From NCBI GenBank assembly GCA_965649765.1, contig OZ287752.1:87606001-87670000 (forward strand): 64,000 nucleotides of DNA, written 5' to 3'. The DNA is from Bispira polyomma (taxonomy: Eukaryota). Made by a program: the position numbers and the translations under genes. Every line of letters starts with the position of its first letter. Within the stretch, counting starts at the first letter, position 1. Under the pieces are notes generated by a model that did not search any database, had not been told where the DNA came from, and worked only from the letters and a program-made list of their open reading frames with translations. Below are positions 37,401 through 47,365 of this stretch, piece after piece.

Positions 37401-40400
37401 CCATTATGAAGCTATTGATCACCAGACCCCCTCTCTAACCACTAAGACACACAAGGAACCACTCTTGACGTAGTGATTAGAAGTGCCTGCTTCACAATCA
37501 CTGACCTTTCACCAATGTGGGTTTAAATTTGTCAGGTACTTGCCATAGGGCCAGTGGTTTACACTGTGGCTTCAGCACTGGTTTCTTACACTATCAAGTC
37601 TAGAGCTGTCATTATATGACCTGAGCTGTTGAAAGCTACCTAAGAAGCATCTAAACTCAGACTAGGACACAGGATCTTGAATCCTTATTAAGTATTAACT
37701 CTGATTTATATGGTGACTGGATGCAGGGTTTTTAGACAACAGCTATTGGTCTGGTTGAATATGTGTTTCCTGCTATAAAATATATCAACTATGTTTTTAG
37801 TCCAATGTGAAAACACTAATTTGTAGTCCATAAAGTATGTGTCTAACATCAGTGCCCAGTGTGACTACATTTCTCATTGTTCATACTCCCTTTACTTCAA
37901 CATTTACACAGACATCAGATTGTAGTCACATTTATACTCAGACCTGTATCTGATCATTAAAGTGTCCATTTACATTTTCTTAACGACTCACATACAGCCA
38001 ACTCGCACCAGTAACTATCATTCCTCTGAGCAAATGTAGAGGCTTTGGGGATAACACCAATTATCATCAAAGTCCCAAAAGGTTTTCTCTAGCCTGCCAC
38101 TGGAGCCCTCTCTGTGTTCCCAGGCCAGTGTGTTACATACAAAGTATGTAATATGTAGGATATCCATTGTACACATGACATGGCAGTAAAATCAAGGAAT
38201 ACAGCCACTGTTTCCACACTCTGCATCTGATTTTGACACAGTACATGTCAGGCTGTTTATATTGAACTGTATTTGTATTTATCAATCTAACTTAACATGA
38301 AACAGACCAAAGGAACCTTTTGAAAGAAGTTATTTACCCATAAAGCACATCTTGACATCATCCTCGGGAAAAACCAAGGCAATAAACGTCACATACTATT
38401 TTTATTTTATGATTTTAACATAAAATGTCATGCACTATTTGAGCTAGTGGACCATTTAAAACTCATATAAAATCAACATATACCAAATGTTTATTACCAT
38501 ATAGTTTAGTTCTTGTGTCACATCTTGTATTTTGATAAACCTTTTTCGAATATGTGTTTTATTAAATTCCAGAACAAATTTTTATGACTAAAATATTGAC
38601 TTCCAAACTCCGGCTATACAGTGTCATCCTGTGTAAACACCCACATGAGTCCACAAATATTGACTCCCAAACTCCACCTGGACAGTGTCATGCCATATAA
38701 ACACCCCCACATGAGTCTACAAATATTGACTCCCAAACTCCACCTGGACAGTGTCATCTCATATAAACATCCCGACATGAGTCTACAAATATTGACTCCC
38801 TGCTGGACAAGTGACCTGTGTTGTGTGACTTTAAGAGTGTGGTATAAATCGACACATTGTTTTTAACTAAAAACTCATTTGCATATTTTGTGTCACTGAT
38901 GCGGTTTTATCAACTTTTAAAAACCATTTTTGTTTGTGTTTCATGAAAGTTTCAGGAAAATTTTACTGTGGTGAAAATATTGACAACGAATTCCCAAATT
39001 TGACCCATTTTGCATCACCATGTGTGTCTATCCTCCTTCTTATCAAACCTTACAGTAACTCTTCAATAATAGTTTTTAACTTTAGTGCCCATTGGTCCAC
39101 TAACAATCTACATTATCATTTTTGTGGGGCGGCATATATCATTTTGGATACAGTACTTTAGGATTTGTCCATACAGGGATGAATTGGCTTGTAGAGTTGT
39201 TGTGTAAGAAGTTTTTTGTTTTCTGTGTCTTTCAGTTCATTCTCGTGTTCACTTTCGCTGACTTTACCCGGAGTTCCTATGGTGACTACCTCTATCCAGT
39301 GTATGCTGACGTATTGGGCTGGATGATCACTGCTTTAGAAATCATGTGTATACCTGGGGTGGCTGTGTATCAGCTGATGACTACACGGACTGATATCCCT
39401 TTGATACAGGTAAAGTAGAAACACTGACAATATACTGGCCACACATTGACCATATACTAACCATACACTGACCATTTACTGACAACACACTGACCACACA
39501 CTGACGATATACTGACCACACACTTATAAAACACTCACCACACACTGACCATATACTGACCACACACTGACCATATACTGACCACACACTGACCATACAC
39601 TGATCATATATACTGACCATACACTGACCATACACTGATCATATATTGACCATATACTCACCATACACTGACCCCACACTAACCATACACTGACCATATA
39701 CTGACCATATACTGACCACACAATGACCATACACTGACCACACTCTGACCACATACTCGCCGCACACTGACCATAACTGACCACACACTGACCATATACT
39801 GACCATACACTGGCCACACACTGACCATACACTGACCATATACTGACCATGCACTGACCATACACTGACCGTATGCTAACCACACACTAACCATACACTG
39901 ACCATATACTGACCATATACTGACCACACACACTGACCATATACTGACCACACAATGATCATACACTGACCACAAAATGACCATACACTGACCATATACT
40001 GACCACACACTGAGCATATAGTGACCACACACTGACCATATACTGACCATATGCTGACCATACACTGACCATATACTGACCGAACACTGACTATACATTG
40101 ACCATACACTGACCATATACTAACAATACACTGACCATATACTGACCATACACTAACAATATACTGACGACACACTTACCACACACTGACCATATACTGA
40201 CCATATACTGGCCACACACTGACCACACACTGACCATATACTGACCATACACTGACCATATATTGGCCACACACTGATCATATACTCACCATACACTGAC
40301 CACACACTAACCATACACTGACATATACTGACCATACACTGACCATATACTAACCACACACTGACCATACACTGACCATATACTGACCACACACTGACCG

Positions 40401-42098
40401 TACACTGACCATACACTGACCATATACTAACCACACGCTGACCATATACTGACCACACACACTGACCATATACTGGCCACACACTGACCACACACTGACC
40501 ATATACTGACCATACACTGACCATATACTGGCCACACACTGATCATATACTCACCATACACTGACCACACACTAACCATACACTGACATATACTGACCAT
40601 ACACTGACCATATACTAACCACACACTGACCATACACTGACCATATACTGACCACACACTGACCACACACTGACCACACACTGACCATACACTGACCATA
40701 TACTGACCATACACTGACCATATACTAACCACACGCTGACCATATACTGACCACACACACTGACCATATACTGACCATACAATGACCACACAATGACCAT
40801 ATACTGACCACACAATGACCAAACACTGACTACCAAATGCCCATACACTGACCATATACTGACCATACATTGACCATATACTGAGCATACACTGACCACA
40901 CACTGACCATACACTCGCCATATACTCACCATATACTGACCATTCATTCACCATATACTGACTATACACTGACCACACACTGACCATACACTGGCCATAT
41001 ACTCACCACACATTGACCATACACTCACCACACACTCACCATACACTGATCAAACACTGAAAACACACTGACCACACACTGACCATACACTGACCACACA
41101 CTGATCATACACTGACCACACACTGACCTTACACTGACCACACACTGACCTTACACTGACCACACACTGACCAGTACAGATTTACAAAACCTCGTTGATT
41201 ACATAATTTCGTCGATTTCAGTCTTAAACTTAAGAATTTTATTAAAATTTACACAAAAATAGTCCAAGCAAAAACTTGACAAAAAGCTGAGACAAAACTT
41301 GAGATAAAAGTTTTCACTACTTTGTTCTAAATTTAAATTAAAGTAAACTTATTTTTATAACGACAAAATATTTTATATTTATGGTTAGAAAAGATGGTTT
41401 TAACATGTGATAACAATTTAATTAGTTCCAGCAATTATTATTAAATTTTTGCAAATAAACTGTTTTCACTATTTTAACTCATGTTAATGGTTACTTTATT
41501 CTAACAGTCCCATATACTATAAAACCATTCATATTGCCCTAACATGTTTGAAATATGGGTTAAAATCTAGAAAAAAGTCCTTACTAGACGTCTTAAACTT
41601 AAGACAAAACTTGAGTCTACAATTTGTCGAAGACCTTTTGTGAATCCCAATTTTAGCAAAATATATGTTCATCCTATGTCTAATCTAATCCAGCCAAGAA
41701 GAAAAAGGCTATGTCGGAAGGGCTTGTTGAAAAGATGAGAGTTAAGATGGTTTTTTAAAGCCCAAAACAAAATCTTAAGTACTTAAGACACAATCTAAGA
41801 CAAAATATTAGCCTCAGGACAGAGTGTAAGACAAAATCTAAAACTTAAGACTACTTGCGACTATTAATCAATCCTTCCTCTGCCGTCTAACCTTTAGTCC
41901 TTTCCATATCAATTCTGTATAACCATAGTTGTGTTTTTTGTCCAGAGACTGCGCTACCTCTGCCAACCCTCTGAAGATTGGGGCCCCGCCGACGAGATCA
42001 AACGCAAACACGATCTGGCAGAGGTGAAAATCCCACTGACAGAGAATGGCTTTGTGGGTGAAAAGATGGATGAGAAGAGCAATGGGGTGACAGTTTGA
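16442..42098 (+). CDS. SLC6A9: SLC6 sodium:neurotransmitter symporter family amino-acid transporter, GlyT1 (SLC6A9)-like / proline-transporter-like; 15 coding exons, 1989 nt, 662 aa
   Basis: join(16442..16489,21454..21664,21906..22037,24118..24261,24694..24871,29458..29590,30550..30684,31866..31969,32200..32324,32600..32712,33991..34128,35704..35803,36634..36734,39236..39409,41946..42098). All introns are GT-AG, phases match and there are no stops. Motifs: [54 protein letters not shown] (as in GlyT1). The symbol means -like; orthology is not established. Confidence 0.92.
18243..18522. mobile_element. MITE family copy 2 (TIR acgcttcctttcagca / tgctgaaaggaagcgt)
   Basis: Perfect 16-bp inverted termini; homologous to 12935-13264. 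Confidence 0.75.
19368..19617. mobile_element. MITE with TIR ...tattcacaaaaggtcttag / ctaagaccttttgtgaata...
   Basis: Inverted termini. Related termini occur at ~35050-35170, 41170-41650, 48510, 61366-61475, 62033 and 63240. Confidence 0.7.
20395..21420. repeat. 24-bp minisatellite (cttgtattttcacactacaaacca), ~42 copies, ending ~30 nt before the exon 2 acceptor
   Basis: Visible periodicity; source of ORFs 20205-21443. Confidence 0.95.
21454..21664 (+). CDS. SLC6 exon 2 (N-terminus, TM1)
   Basis: tttcag|aagagc ... ggag|gtgggt; [15 protein letters not shown]. Confidence 0.93.
21906..22037 (+). CDS. SLC6 exon 3 (TM2)
   Basis: [44 protein letters not shown]; canonical splice sites. Confidence 0.95.
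22031..22310 (+). repeat. ~90-bp tandem triplication of the exon 3 donor site
   Basis: tt(c/t)ca(g/a)g|gtaggtagtgtg...gggtcaggatagggaatccata x3. Confidence 0.9.
22384..24135 (+). repeat. 74/72-bp tandem array built from the exon 4 acceptor plus exon start (23 decoy copies)
   Basis: Unit ...cattcctctgtctgtag|gtattgactggactatgtatgtattacaacatgtttaca; the last copy runs into the true exon. Confidence 0.97.
24118..24261 (+). CDS. SLC6 exon 4 (TM3)
   Basis: [27 protein letters not shown]...[12 protein letters not shown]. Confidence 0.95.
24428..24612. mobile_element. Tc1/pogo-type MITE remnant
   Basis: cagtaaaacctctattatccgaac ... gttcggatgatagatgttcgtcta form degenerate inverted termini. Confidence 0.5.
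24694..24871 (+). CDS. SLC6 exon 5 (extracellular loop 2)
   Basis: [27 protein letters not shown]...SPADEYF; several N-x-T/S sites; ca|gtaagt donor. Confidence 0.92.
25176..25434 (-). mobile_element. tRNA-derived SINE, copy 2
   Basis: Reverse complement of copy 1 with a poly(A) tail; TSD ggtcagcccgacct at 25162-75 and 25435-48. Confidence 0.95.
25478..26830. repeat. 37/38-bp minisatellite (gtgtaggtacccacatgtatgaggtacaggtatctta) with higher-order duplications
   Basis: Visible periodicity; the pattern of variant units recurs at a ~596-bp offset. Confidence 0.95.
27776..28290 (+). mobile_element. Second degenerate DIRS-type tyrosine recombinase relic
   Basis: Translatable pieces [35 protein letters not shown] and WSSDAI are colinear with 1275-1860. 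Confidence 0.7.
28510..28945 (+). mobile_element. CR1/L2 3' fragment
   Basis: Homologous to 3860-4390 ([23 protein letters not shown]) plus the family tail. Confidence 0.7.
29140..29482 (+). repeat. 58-bp tandem array of the exon 6 acceptor plus exon start (5 decoys)
   Basis: Unit cactcactcacctctctatacttccag|ctttaacacactggatatctcagacactgac, versus the true site cttccag|ttttaacatgctggacatctcaga. Confidence 0.95.
29458..29590 (+). CDS. SLC6 exon 6 (TM4)
   Basis: [44 protein letters not shown]. Confidence 0.95.
29886..30556 (+). repeat. 33/32-bp tandem array of the exon 7 acceptor (~20 copies)
   Basis: Unit tatcacatgttttctctgttactag|gtaac(c/t)tg; true site tgttgctag|gtaacctac. Confidence 0.95.
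30550..30684 (+). CDS. SLC6 exon 7 (TM5)
   Basis: [45 protein letters not shown]. Confidence 0.95.
30695..31250. repeat. 16/17-bp G-rich array (ggggctgtgttagggt) immediately after the exon 7 donor
   Basis: Visible periodicity; most units contain TTAGGG. Confidence 0.95.
31295..31890 (+). repeat. Diverged ~100-115 bp repeats containing the exon 8 acceptor and exon start
   Basis: cctatcc(t/c)tgtacttctag|gtctggggtgacgcggctgta at 31358-97, with decayed copies at ~31472, 31582 and 31672. Confidence 0.85.
31866..31969 (+). CDS. SLC6 exon 8 (TM6)
   Basis: [34 protein letters not shown]; 104 nt. Confidence 0.95.
31970..32168 (+). repeat. 16-bp repeat (gtaaagtaaacagagt) filling intron 8, ending in a copy of the donor tctcag|gtaaaca
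   Basis: Visible in the sequence. Confidence 0.85.
32200..32324 (+). CDS. SLC6 exon 9 (TM7)
   Basis: [28 protein letters not shown]...EVATQ; 125 nt. Confidence 0.95.
32600..32712 (+). CDS. SLC6 exon 10 (EL4, TM8)
   Basis: [38 protein letters not shown]; 113 nt. Confidence 0.95.
32745..33150. repeat. ~45-bp minisatellite just after the exon 10 donor
   Basis: Unit gatacacctttagttggtacctgtgtgtatgtcctgatatacttaa. Confidence 0.9.
33991..34128 (+). CDS. SLC6 exon 11 (TM9)
   Basis: [46 protein letters not shown]. Confidence 0.93.
34056..34558 (+). repeat. ~101-bp tandem array of the exon 11 3' half plus donor (4 decoys)
   Basis: Unit taaacatcctgtgttgttaggggctctgtgtctccttggttacctggtggaactgatcatctgtacaagg|gtaggtgtcacttgtatctactagttaagtg. 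Confidence 0.95.
34600..34985 (+). repeat. Interspersed repeat, homologous to 54720-55240
   Basis: Shares aataatgct.aagtcttt...ctgtggtgta...gtgcattgtgtcac...actttgaggcctt. Confidence 0.7.
35510..35675. repeat. (cacacactgta)n simple repeat before the exon 12 acceptor
   Basis: Visible in the sequence. Confidence 0.85.
35704..35803 (+). CDS. SLC6 exon 12 (TM10)
   Basis: [33 protein letters not shown]; 100 nt. Confidence 0.95.
35820..36425. repeat. Degenerate ~13-bp repeat (agtgaccttactc) after the exon 12 donor
   Basis: Recurrent agtgacct motif. Confidence 0.7.
36634..36734 (+). CDS. SLC6 exon 13 (TM11)
   Basis: [34 protein letters not shown]; 101 nt. Confidence 0.95.
37058..37366. repeat. 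21-bp minisatellite (aggcaatggtgtgttatcagt)
   Basis: Visible periodicity. Confidence 0.95.
37468..37640 (+). mobile_element. Older SINE subfamily fragment (related piece at 12795-12930)
   Basis: Shares the gcttcacaatcactg head with the young SINE, and the tttgtcaggt.cttg...gtggtttacactgtggcttcagcact core with 12795-12910. Confidence 0.55.
39236..39409 (+). CDS. SLC6 exon 14 (TM12)
   Basis: [47 protein letters not shown]. Confidence 0.95.
39420..41173. repeat. 11-bp satellite (ca(c/t)actgacca), ~1.75 kb, starting right after the exon 14 donor
   Basis: Visible periodicity; source of the many minus-strand VSVWSVYGQ ORFs. Confidence 0.97.
41946..42098 (+). CDS. SLC6 exon 15 (C-terminus, stop)
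   Basis: gtccag|[17 protein letters not shown]...NGVTV*; the P-x-x-x-W-G-P motif is typical of SLC6 C-termini. Confidence 0.92.
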   Translation, partial: RLRYLCQPSEDWGPADEIKRKHDLAEVKIPLTENGFVGEKMDEKSNGVTV

Positions 42099-42289
42099 GT
42101 GTGGGAGGGAGAGTCAAATGGGGGTGGGGTTGTACAGTAGGATGGTGGGAGCTGAGGTGTTAGATAAGAAGCTTACACAAAGTCTGTATAAGGGTGTGCA
42201 CAAGTGTGAAAAGGTTTATATTGTCATAAATCAAATTTAGTGTTTGTGTACTGTAAAACTATAAAGTACATACTGTAAAAGGTACTTGT

Positions 42290-42960
42290 GTAAAGCAGGT
42301 ACTTAGGTACTGATGAACAGATAGTTATGTACTGATAAACAGATACTTAAACACTGATGATTAGGGTACTGATAAAGTTGTATTGAAGTACTAATGAACA
42401 GATCCTTAGGTACTGATAAACAGGTACTGATGTACTGTAGAGAGGATGTTATGGTGAAATATGTAAGTACGTACTATTTACAGGTACTATAGCCAGTATA
42501 TAGGTACTAATAGGAAGGTTTTTAGGTACTGATAGCAGGTTCTTAGGTACTGATAGCAGGTAGTTAGGTAATGGAGATCATATACTTGTGTACCAACGAG
42601 CAGGTACTTGTGTACTTACGAGTAGATCTTTAGGTAATTATGCTCATGTACTTGGTACTGGTGAGCAGGTACTATGATACTGATGAGCAAGTACTTAGGT
42701 ACTGATGCCTGTGTATTTGAGTACTGATTAGCAGGTACTTGAGTACTGATGAGCAGGTACTTAGGTATTGATTAGCAGGTTCTTGGGTACTGATGAGCAG
42801 GTACTTGGGTACTGATGAGCAGGTACTTGGGTACTGATGAGCATGTACTTAGGTACTGATGAGCAGGTACCTGGGTACTGATAAGCAGGTACTTTGGTAC
42901 TTCTTAGCGGGTACCTGGGTACTGTAAATGAGGTACTTGATGTACAGGATGGTACTTGAC
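42290..42960. repeat. 22-bp degenerate repeat (gagcaggtacttgggtactgat) in the SLC6 3'UTR
   Basis: Visible periodicity downstream of the stop codon. Confidence 0.85.
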
Positions 42961-43811
42961 TATTGTAAAGTCAGTTGTTGGTGTAGTGTGTTTTTTCACA
43001 TAGAGATCTGGATTTTATAATGTGTATAATTAACAGGTAGAAATCTGATTAGTTGGATCTGGTGTTTTAAAATGTGTATTTTTAACAGGTGAAAAACTGA
43101 TAAACAATGTTTATCCTCGTCATTTGGACCATAATCGTTTCTAGCCTTGATTGTTGATAAAGAGTCACTTTGTTCATGGTTTTCAGTCAGCTATGATTAA
43201 CTTTCACTCAATTAATTATTTCTTTTAAAATTAATTCTGTATATATTGATATTTTTGAATTTTCTATAACACCTGGCAATAGATAAGTTAGTCGTTGATA
43301 TAGATAGGTGTACACTGGGCCAATAGAAATTGAGGACACAATCTTGTAGTCTTTAGAAAAGTTTGTGTAACTGACTCAATCATGTTTGTGTGACACAGTA
43401 AACTGTCTACCTGTTGACCTTCAGGGTGACAGAGGTCAAGATCATTTGAGATTGTGAACATTAGGCCATTGTAGTTAACTATGATGTACACTATATGATG
43501 TACATCTGTACAGAGGTGTATTTGTGTCTGTGATGTCTTTATAACTGTACACTAAATGAAGTAACGATCACCTTATAAATACAGTCATATTCAATTATTA
43601 CTACATATAAATACAATCATCTCATTATCATCAAATTCATATTTTTTGTTACTTACATATTTACCAAAAACCTATATATATATTTATGTTCTAGACATTT
43701 TGTTTCTAACCATTCCTTTTCAAATGGATATGTGATGGGCGGCTGACCATATATTTTTTTGTTTTATCTGGAATTGGTGATTTTGGGTGATTTATGGTGT
43801 ATATAATTGGC

Positions 43812-43817
43812 AATAAA
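43812..43817 (+). promoter_or_regulatory. Candidate polyadenylation signal of the SLC6 gene
   Basis: AATAAA followed ~25 nt later by the GT/T-rich element gtggtttttgtggtgtc. Confidence 0.45.
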
Positions 43818-43871
43818 AGGATTTTTTTAATACTTGCTTAGTGGTTTTTGTGGTGTCACATAATACTCTCC

Positions 43872-44100
43872 CCTGTGTTATCTCATGTCACTGTCTGACA
43901 TAGTACCCCCTAAAGTGTGTCTGTCTTATCTAATGTCACTGTCTGACATAGTACCCCCTAAAGTCTATCTGTGTTATCTGATGTCACTGTCTGACATAAT
44001 ACCACCTAAAGAATGTCTGTTATCTAATGTTACTGTCAGACATAGTACCACCTAAAGTATGCCTGTGTTATCTGATGTCACTATTAGACATAGTACACCA
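43872..44100. repeat. ~49-bp tandem repeat
   Basis: tgttatct.atgtcactgtctgacatagtaccccctaaagt x~4.5. Confidence 0.85.
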
Positions 44101-44214
44101 CAATGTTTGCCTACCTTTATACGAATATTCCATGGATTTTATTCAAATGTGTTATGTGGAAGTATTCTCAATTGATATTCTCAACGTAACAATAATAGCA
44201 AAATCCTTCTTGAA

Positions 44215-45835
44215 GAGCAGGAAGTTCTGAAACTCATCAAATCCTCTACTATTAAATCTTGTGACTTAGATCCCATCCCAGCAGTTATTCTGAGTCAATG
44301 TCTTGACATTCTAGTCACACCCATAACAAAAGTATTAAATTTTTCTCTTCGGGACGGCAGGGGCCGCGGTGGCCTAGTGGTTAGCAAGCATTGCGCTTCA
44401 CAATCACTGGTCTCTCACCTCTGGGCGGCGTGAGTTTGAATCCCGTAGATGCCTATGTGGGAAAGGTGGTAGTTCCTTACTGTGGGCAGAAGTGCAGAAC
44501 CTCGATCAACTGTATGCAGTGTTTCTTCCAGCGTTTCCAACTACCCGTCCCAATATAACCTAAACAGGTACCAGAGTGGACATTAAATATCCAAATTCAA
44601 AACAAAAAAAATTCTCTTCGGGATGGTGTTTTTCCCACCTGTTTCAAGACGGCAAATGTAACTCCCTTGATTAAAAAACAAGGGCTTGATAAAAGCCAGC
44701 TCAAAAACTACAGACCGGTGTCTCAAAAGTCCTCGAGACTTTGTCTCAAAAGTCCTCGAGAAAGCTGTAGCTTAACAAATTTCTGACCACCTTAATAGAC
44801 AAAACATTGAAAATCGCCACCAGTCTGCTTACAGAAAATTTCACTCTACAGAAAGTGCCCTTTTTTCTATCAGCAATGATATCAATCTTGCACTGGACCG
44901 CAATGACACAGTTGCCCTCATCCTTCTGGATCTCTCAGCTGCTTTCGACACTATTGATCATGTCCTGCTCTGCGACACTCTCAAGCAGTGGTTCGGTATA
45001 AATGGCAGTGTCCTTAAATGGATCAGATCCTACCTTACTCTTGGGGTACAAAGAATTACTTTAGATGATCACCTATCATCTCCCATAAAGCTACCATATG
45101 GAGTACTCCAGGGATCTGTCCTTGGCCCTCTACTTTTCACCCTTTATACACATCCTCTTAGCACTGTCATCAATAAACACAATATAAAGCACCACATGTT
45201 TGCAGATGACACTCAAGTCTATCTCTCTCAATCTACAAAATGCAAATACAAACATAGACCTACTTGCAGACTGTCTGTCTGATGTCCAGGCGTGGATGAA
45301 CTACTCCAAACTAAAACTTAACCCTGACAAACAGAATTCATCCTCATAGGAAACAAGAAAAACCGTGAACTCCTAAATTCTTTGTTTGCCATCTCCCTGC
45401 TGGGAAAAGACATACTAGCTTCCAAAAATGCCAAAAACCTGGGTGTCACTTTTGATTCAGCTTTTTCGTTTGACACTTGTCACTCCTGCTATTACCATAT
45501 ACGCAACATCAAAAGAGAGGCAACAGACTCTCCGTCACTTCGGTCAGACCAATCAAGAAGGCAGGATTCAGAGCGTTCTCCACTGCAGCTCCACAGTTAT
45601 GGAACAGTCTCCCAGTCAACCTCAGATCAGTTGACAGTTTTTAGGAAAAAGCTTAAAACCTATTTTTTTAACCTTGCTTACCCACCTTAGCTTCCCTCGT
45701 GCAAGCTCTCACTTCCTTCCTTTCGACTTTGCAATGTCCATGGACTTAATGATTGGACCAATGATTCTGCTGTTGCGCTTTAGAAGATGCCCAGCATCAA
45801 TAAAGCCTGTTAAAATTGATAATAATAATAATAAG
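44215..45835 (+). mobile_element. 5'-truncated CR1/L2 LINE (RT domain and 3' tail), interrupted by a SINE
   Basis: KSCDLDPIP, KNYRPVS, QSAYRKFHSTESAL, LLDLSAAFDTIDH, QGSVLGPLLFTLYT, FADDTQVY, LKLNPDKT; (aat)n tail. Confidence 0.92.
44360..44611 (+). mobile_element. tRNA-derived SINE, copy 3
   Basis: Same head and body as copy 1; TSD ttctcttcggga(c/t)gg. Confidence 0.93.
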
Positions 45836-46529
45836 ATGACCTTACCCTCCTAGTGGCAAAAGAAAAAAAAGAGAGACTTCAATCATCAAAGTGACTATTG
45901 TACATATTTTATTCAAATTTGCTGTGTGGATCCTGATGTTAAGGTCACTGCAACTCACTACCATATGGAATTAGACAGGGGAAAATAAACAAACTGCAAA
46001 AATTCAAAACAACCTATGCAAAATTGTGTGTCATGCTGATCCCCGCTCATCACACCTCTGCTTAAAAAATGACACTGCCCGAGTTCTAATAATAGAGTTC
46101 TAATTAAATTCAACTATTTGTCCTCATTTTTAAGACTGTCCATCAGCCAGCCAGCCTTGTTATCATCTATGCTGTGTCTCTGCTATCTTACCAAATGAAA
46201 TCGTCTCTCCACCTCAGGTTCTTACCCAAAAAATTTGGCTGTTTCAAAATCATTCATAGTTGCAGCACCTACTCAGTGGAATAGTCTCTGTACTAGTCTT
46301 CGCACTGACACAAGGATTAGAGGCTTCAGGAAAAGCTCAAAACACATCTGTATCATCTGACTTTTCTGTCTTAACATTATAACCTACAATATACCTACTC
46401 AATGACAAGAAATTAACAGTGACTTTAGGGTGACAAAATTGCATTCTGCTTCACAGACAATATCTTAAAAATTGTTGTTTGGATTTGAGTTGAATTTATA
46501 TGAATATTTGAGTTGAATCTATATGGATG

Positions 46530-47365
46530 AACTTAGGCCTGTGGAGGAATCCCTATGCTACTGTATAGATGGGGCCGCGGTGGCCTAGTGGTTAGCAAGC
46601 ATTGTGCTTTACAATCACTGGTCTCTCACCTCTGGGCGGCGTGAGTTTGAATCCTGTCGATGCCTATGTGGAAAAGGTGGTAGTTGCTTACTGTGGGCAG
46701 TACAGAACCTTGATCAACTGTATGCAGTGTTTCCTCCAGCGTTTCCAACTACCCGTCCCAATATAACCTAAACAGGTACTAGGGTGGACGTTAAATATAA
46801 AATAATTAAATTCAGTTACTATATAGATGGACTTGGGCCTGTGAAGGGATCCCGATGTTACTAAAAAGATAGACTTAGGTCTGTGGAGGGATCCTGATGT
46901 TACTATATAGATGGACTTGGGCCTGTGGAGGGATCCTTGTGTTACTAAAAAGATGGCCTTGGGCCTGTGGAGGGATCCTTGTGTTACTAAAAAGATGGCC
47001 TTGGGCCTGTGGAGGGATCCTTGTGTTACTATATAGATGGACTTGGGCCTGTGGAGGGATCCTTGTGTTACTATATAGATGGACTTGGGCCTGTGGAGGG
47101 ATCGCTATGTTACTAAAAAGATGGACTTGGGCCTGTGGAGGGATCCCTATGTTACTAAAAAGATGGACTTGGGCCTGTGGAGGAATCCTTATGTTACTAT
47201 ATAGATGGACTTGGGCCTGTGGAGGAATCCCTATGTTACTCTATAGATGGAGTTGGGTCTGTGGAGCGATCCCGATGTTACTATATAGATGGACTTGGGC
47301 CTGTGGAGGGATCCCGATGTTACTAAAAAGATGGACTTGGGTCTGTGGAGGGAGCCCTATGTTAA
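46530..47365. repeat. 39-bp minisatellite (agatggacttgggcctgtggagggatccctatgttactat/aa), interrupted by a SINE
   Basis: Visible periodicity; ORF 46897-47385 is its translation. Confidence 0.95.
46571..46814 (+). mobile_element. tRNA-derived SINE, copy 4
   Basis: Same head and body; imperfect TSD g(c/t)tact(g/a)tatagat. Confidence 0.93.

Noticed and set aside
39381-40987. Many overlapping minus-strand ORFs
   Set aside because: Artefacts of the 11-bp satellite.
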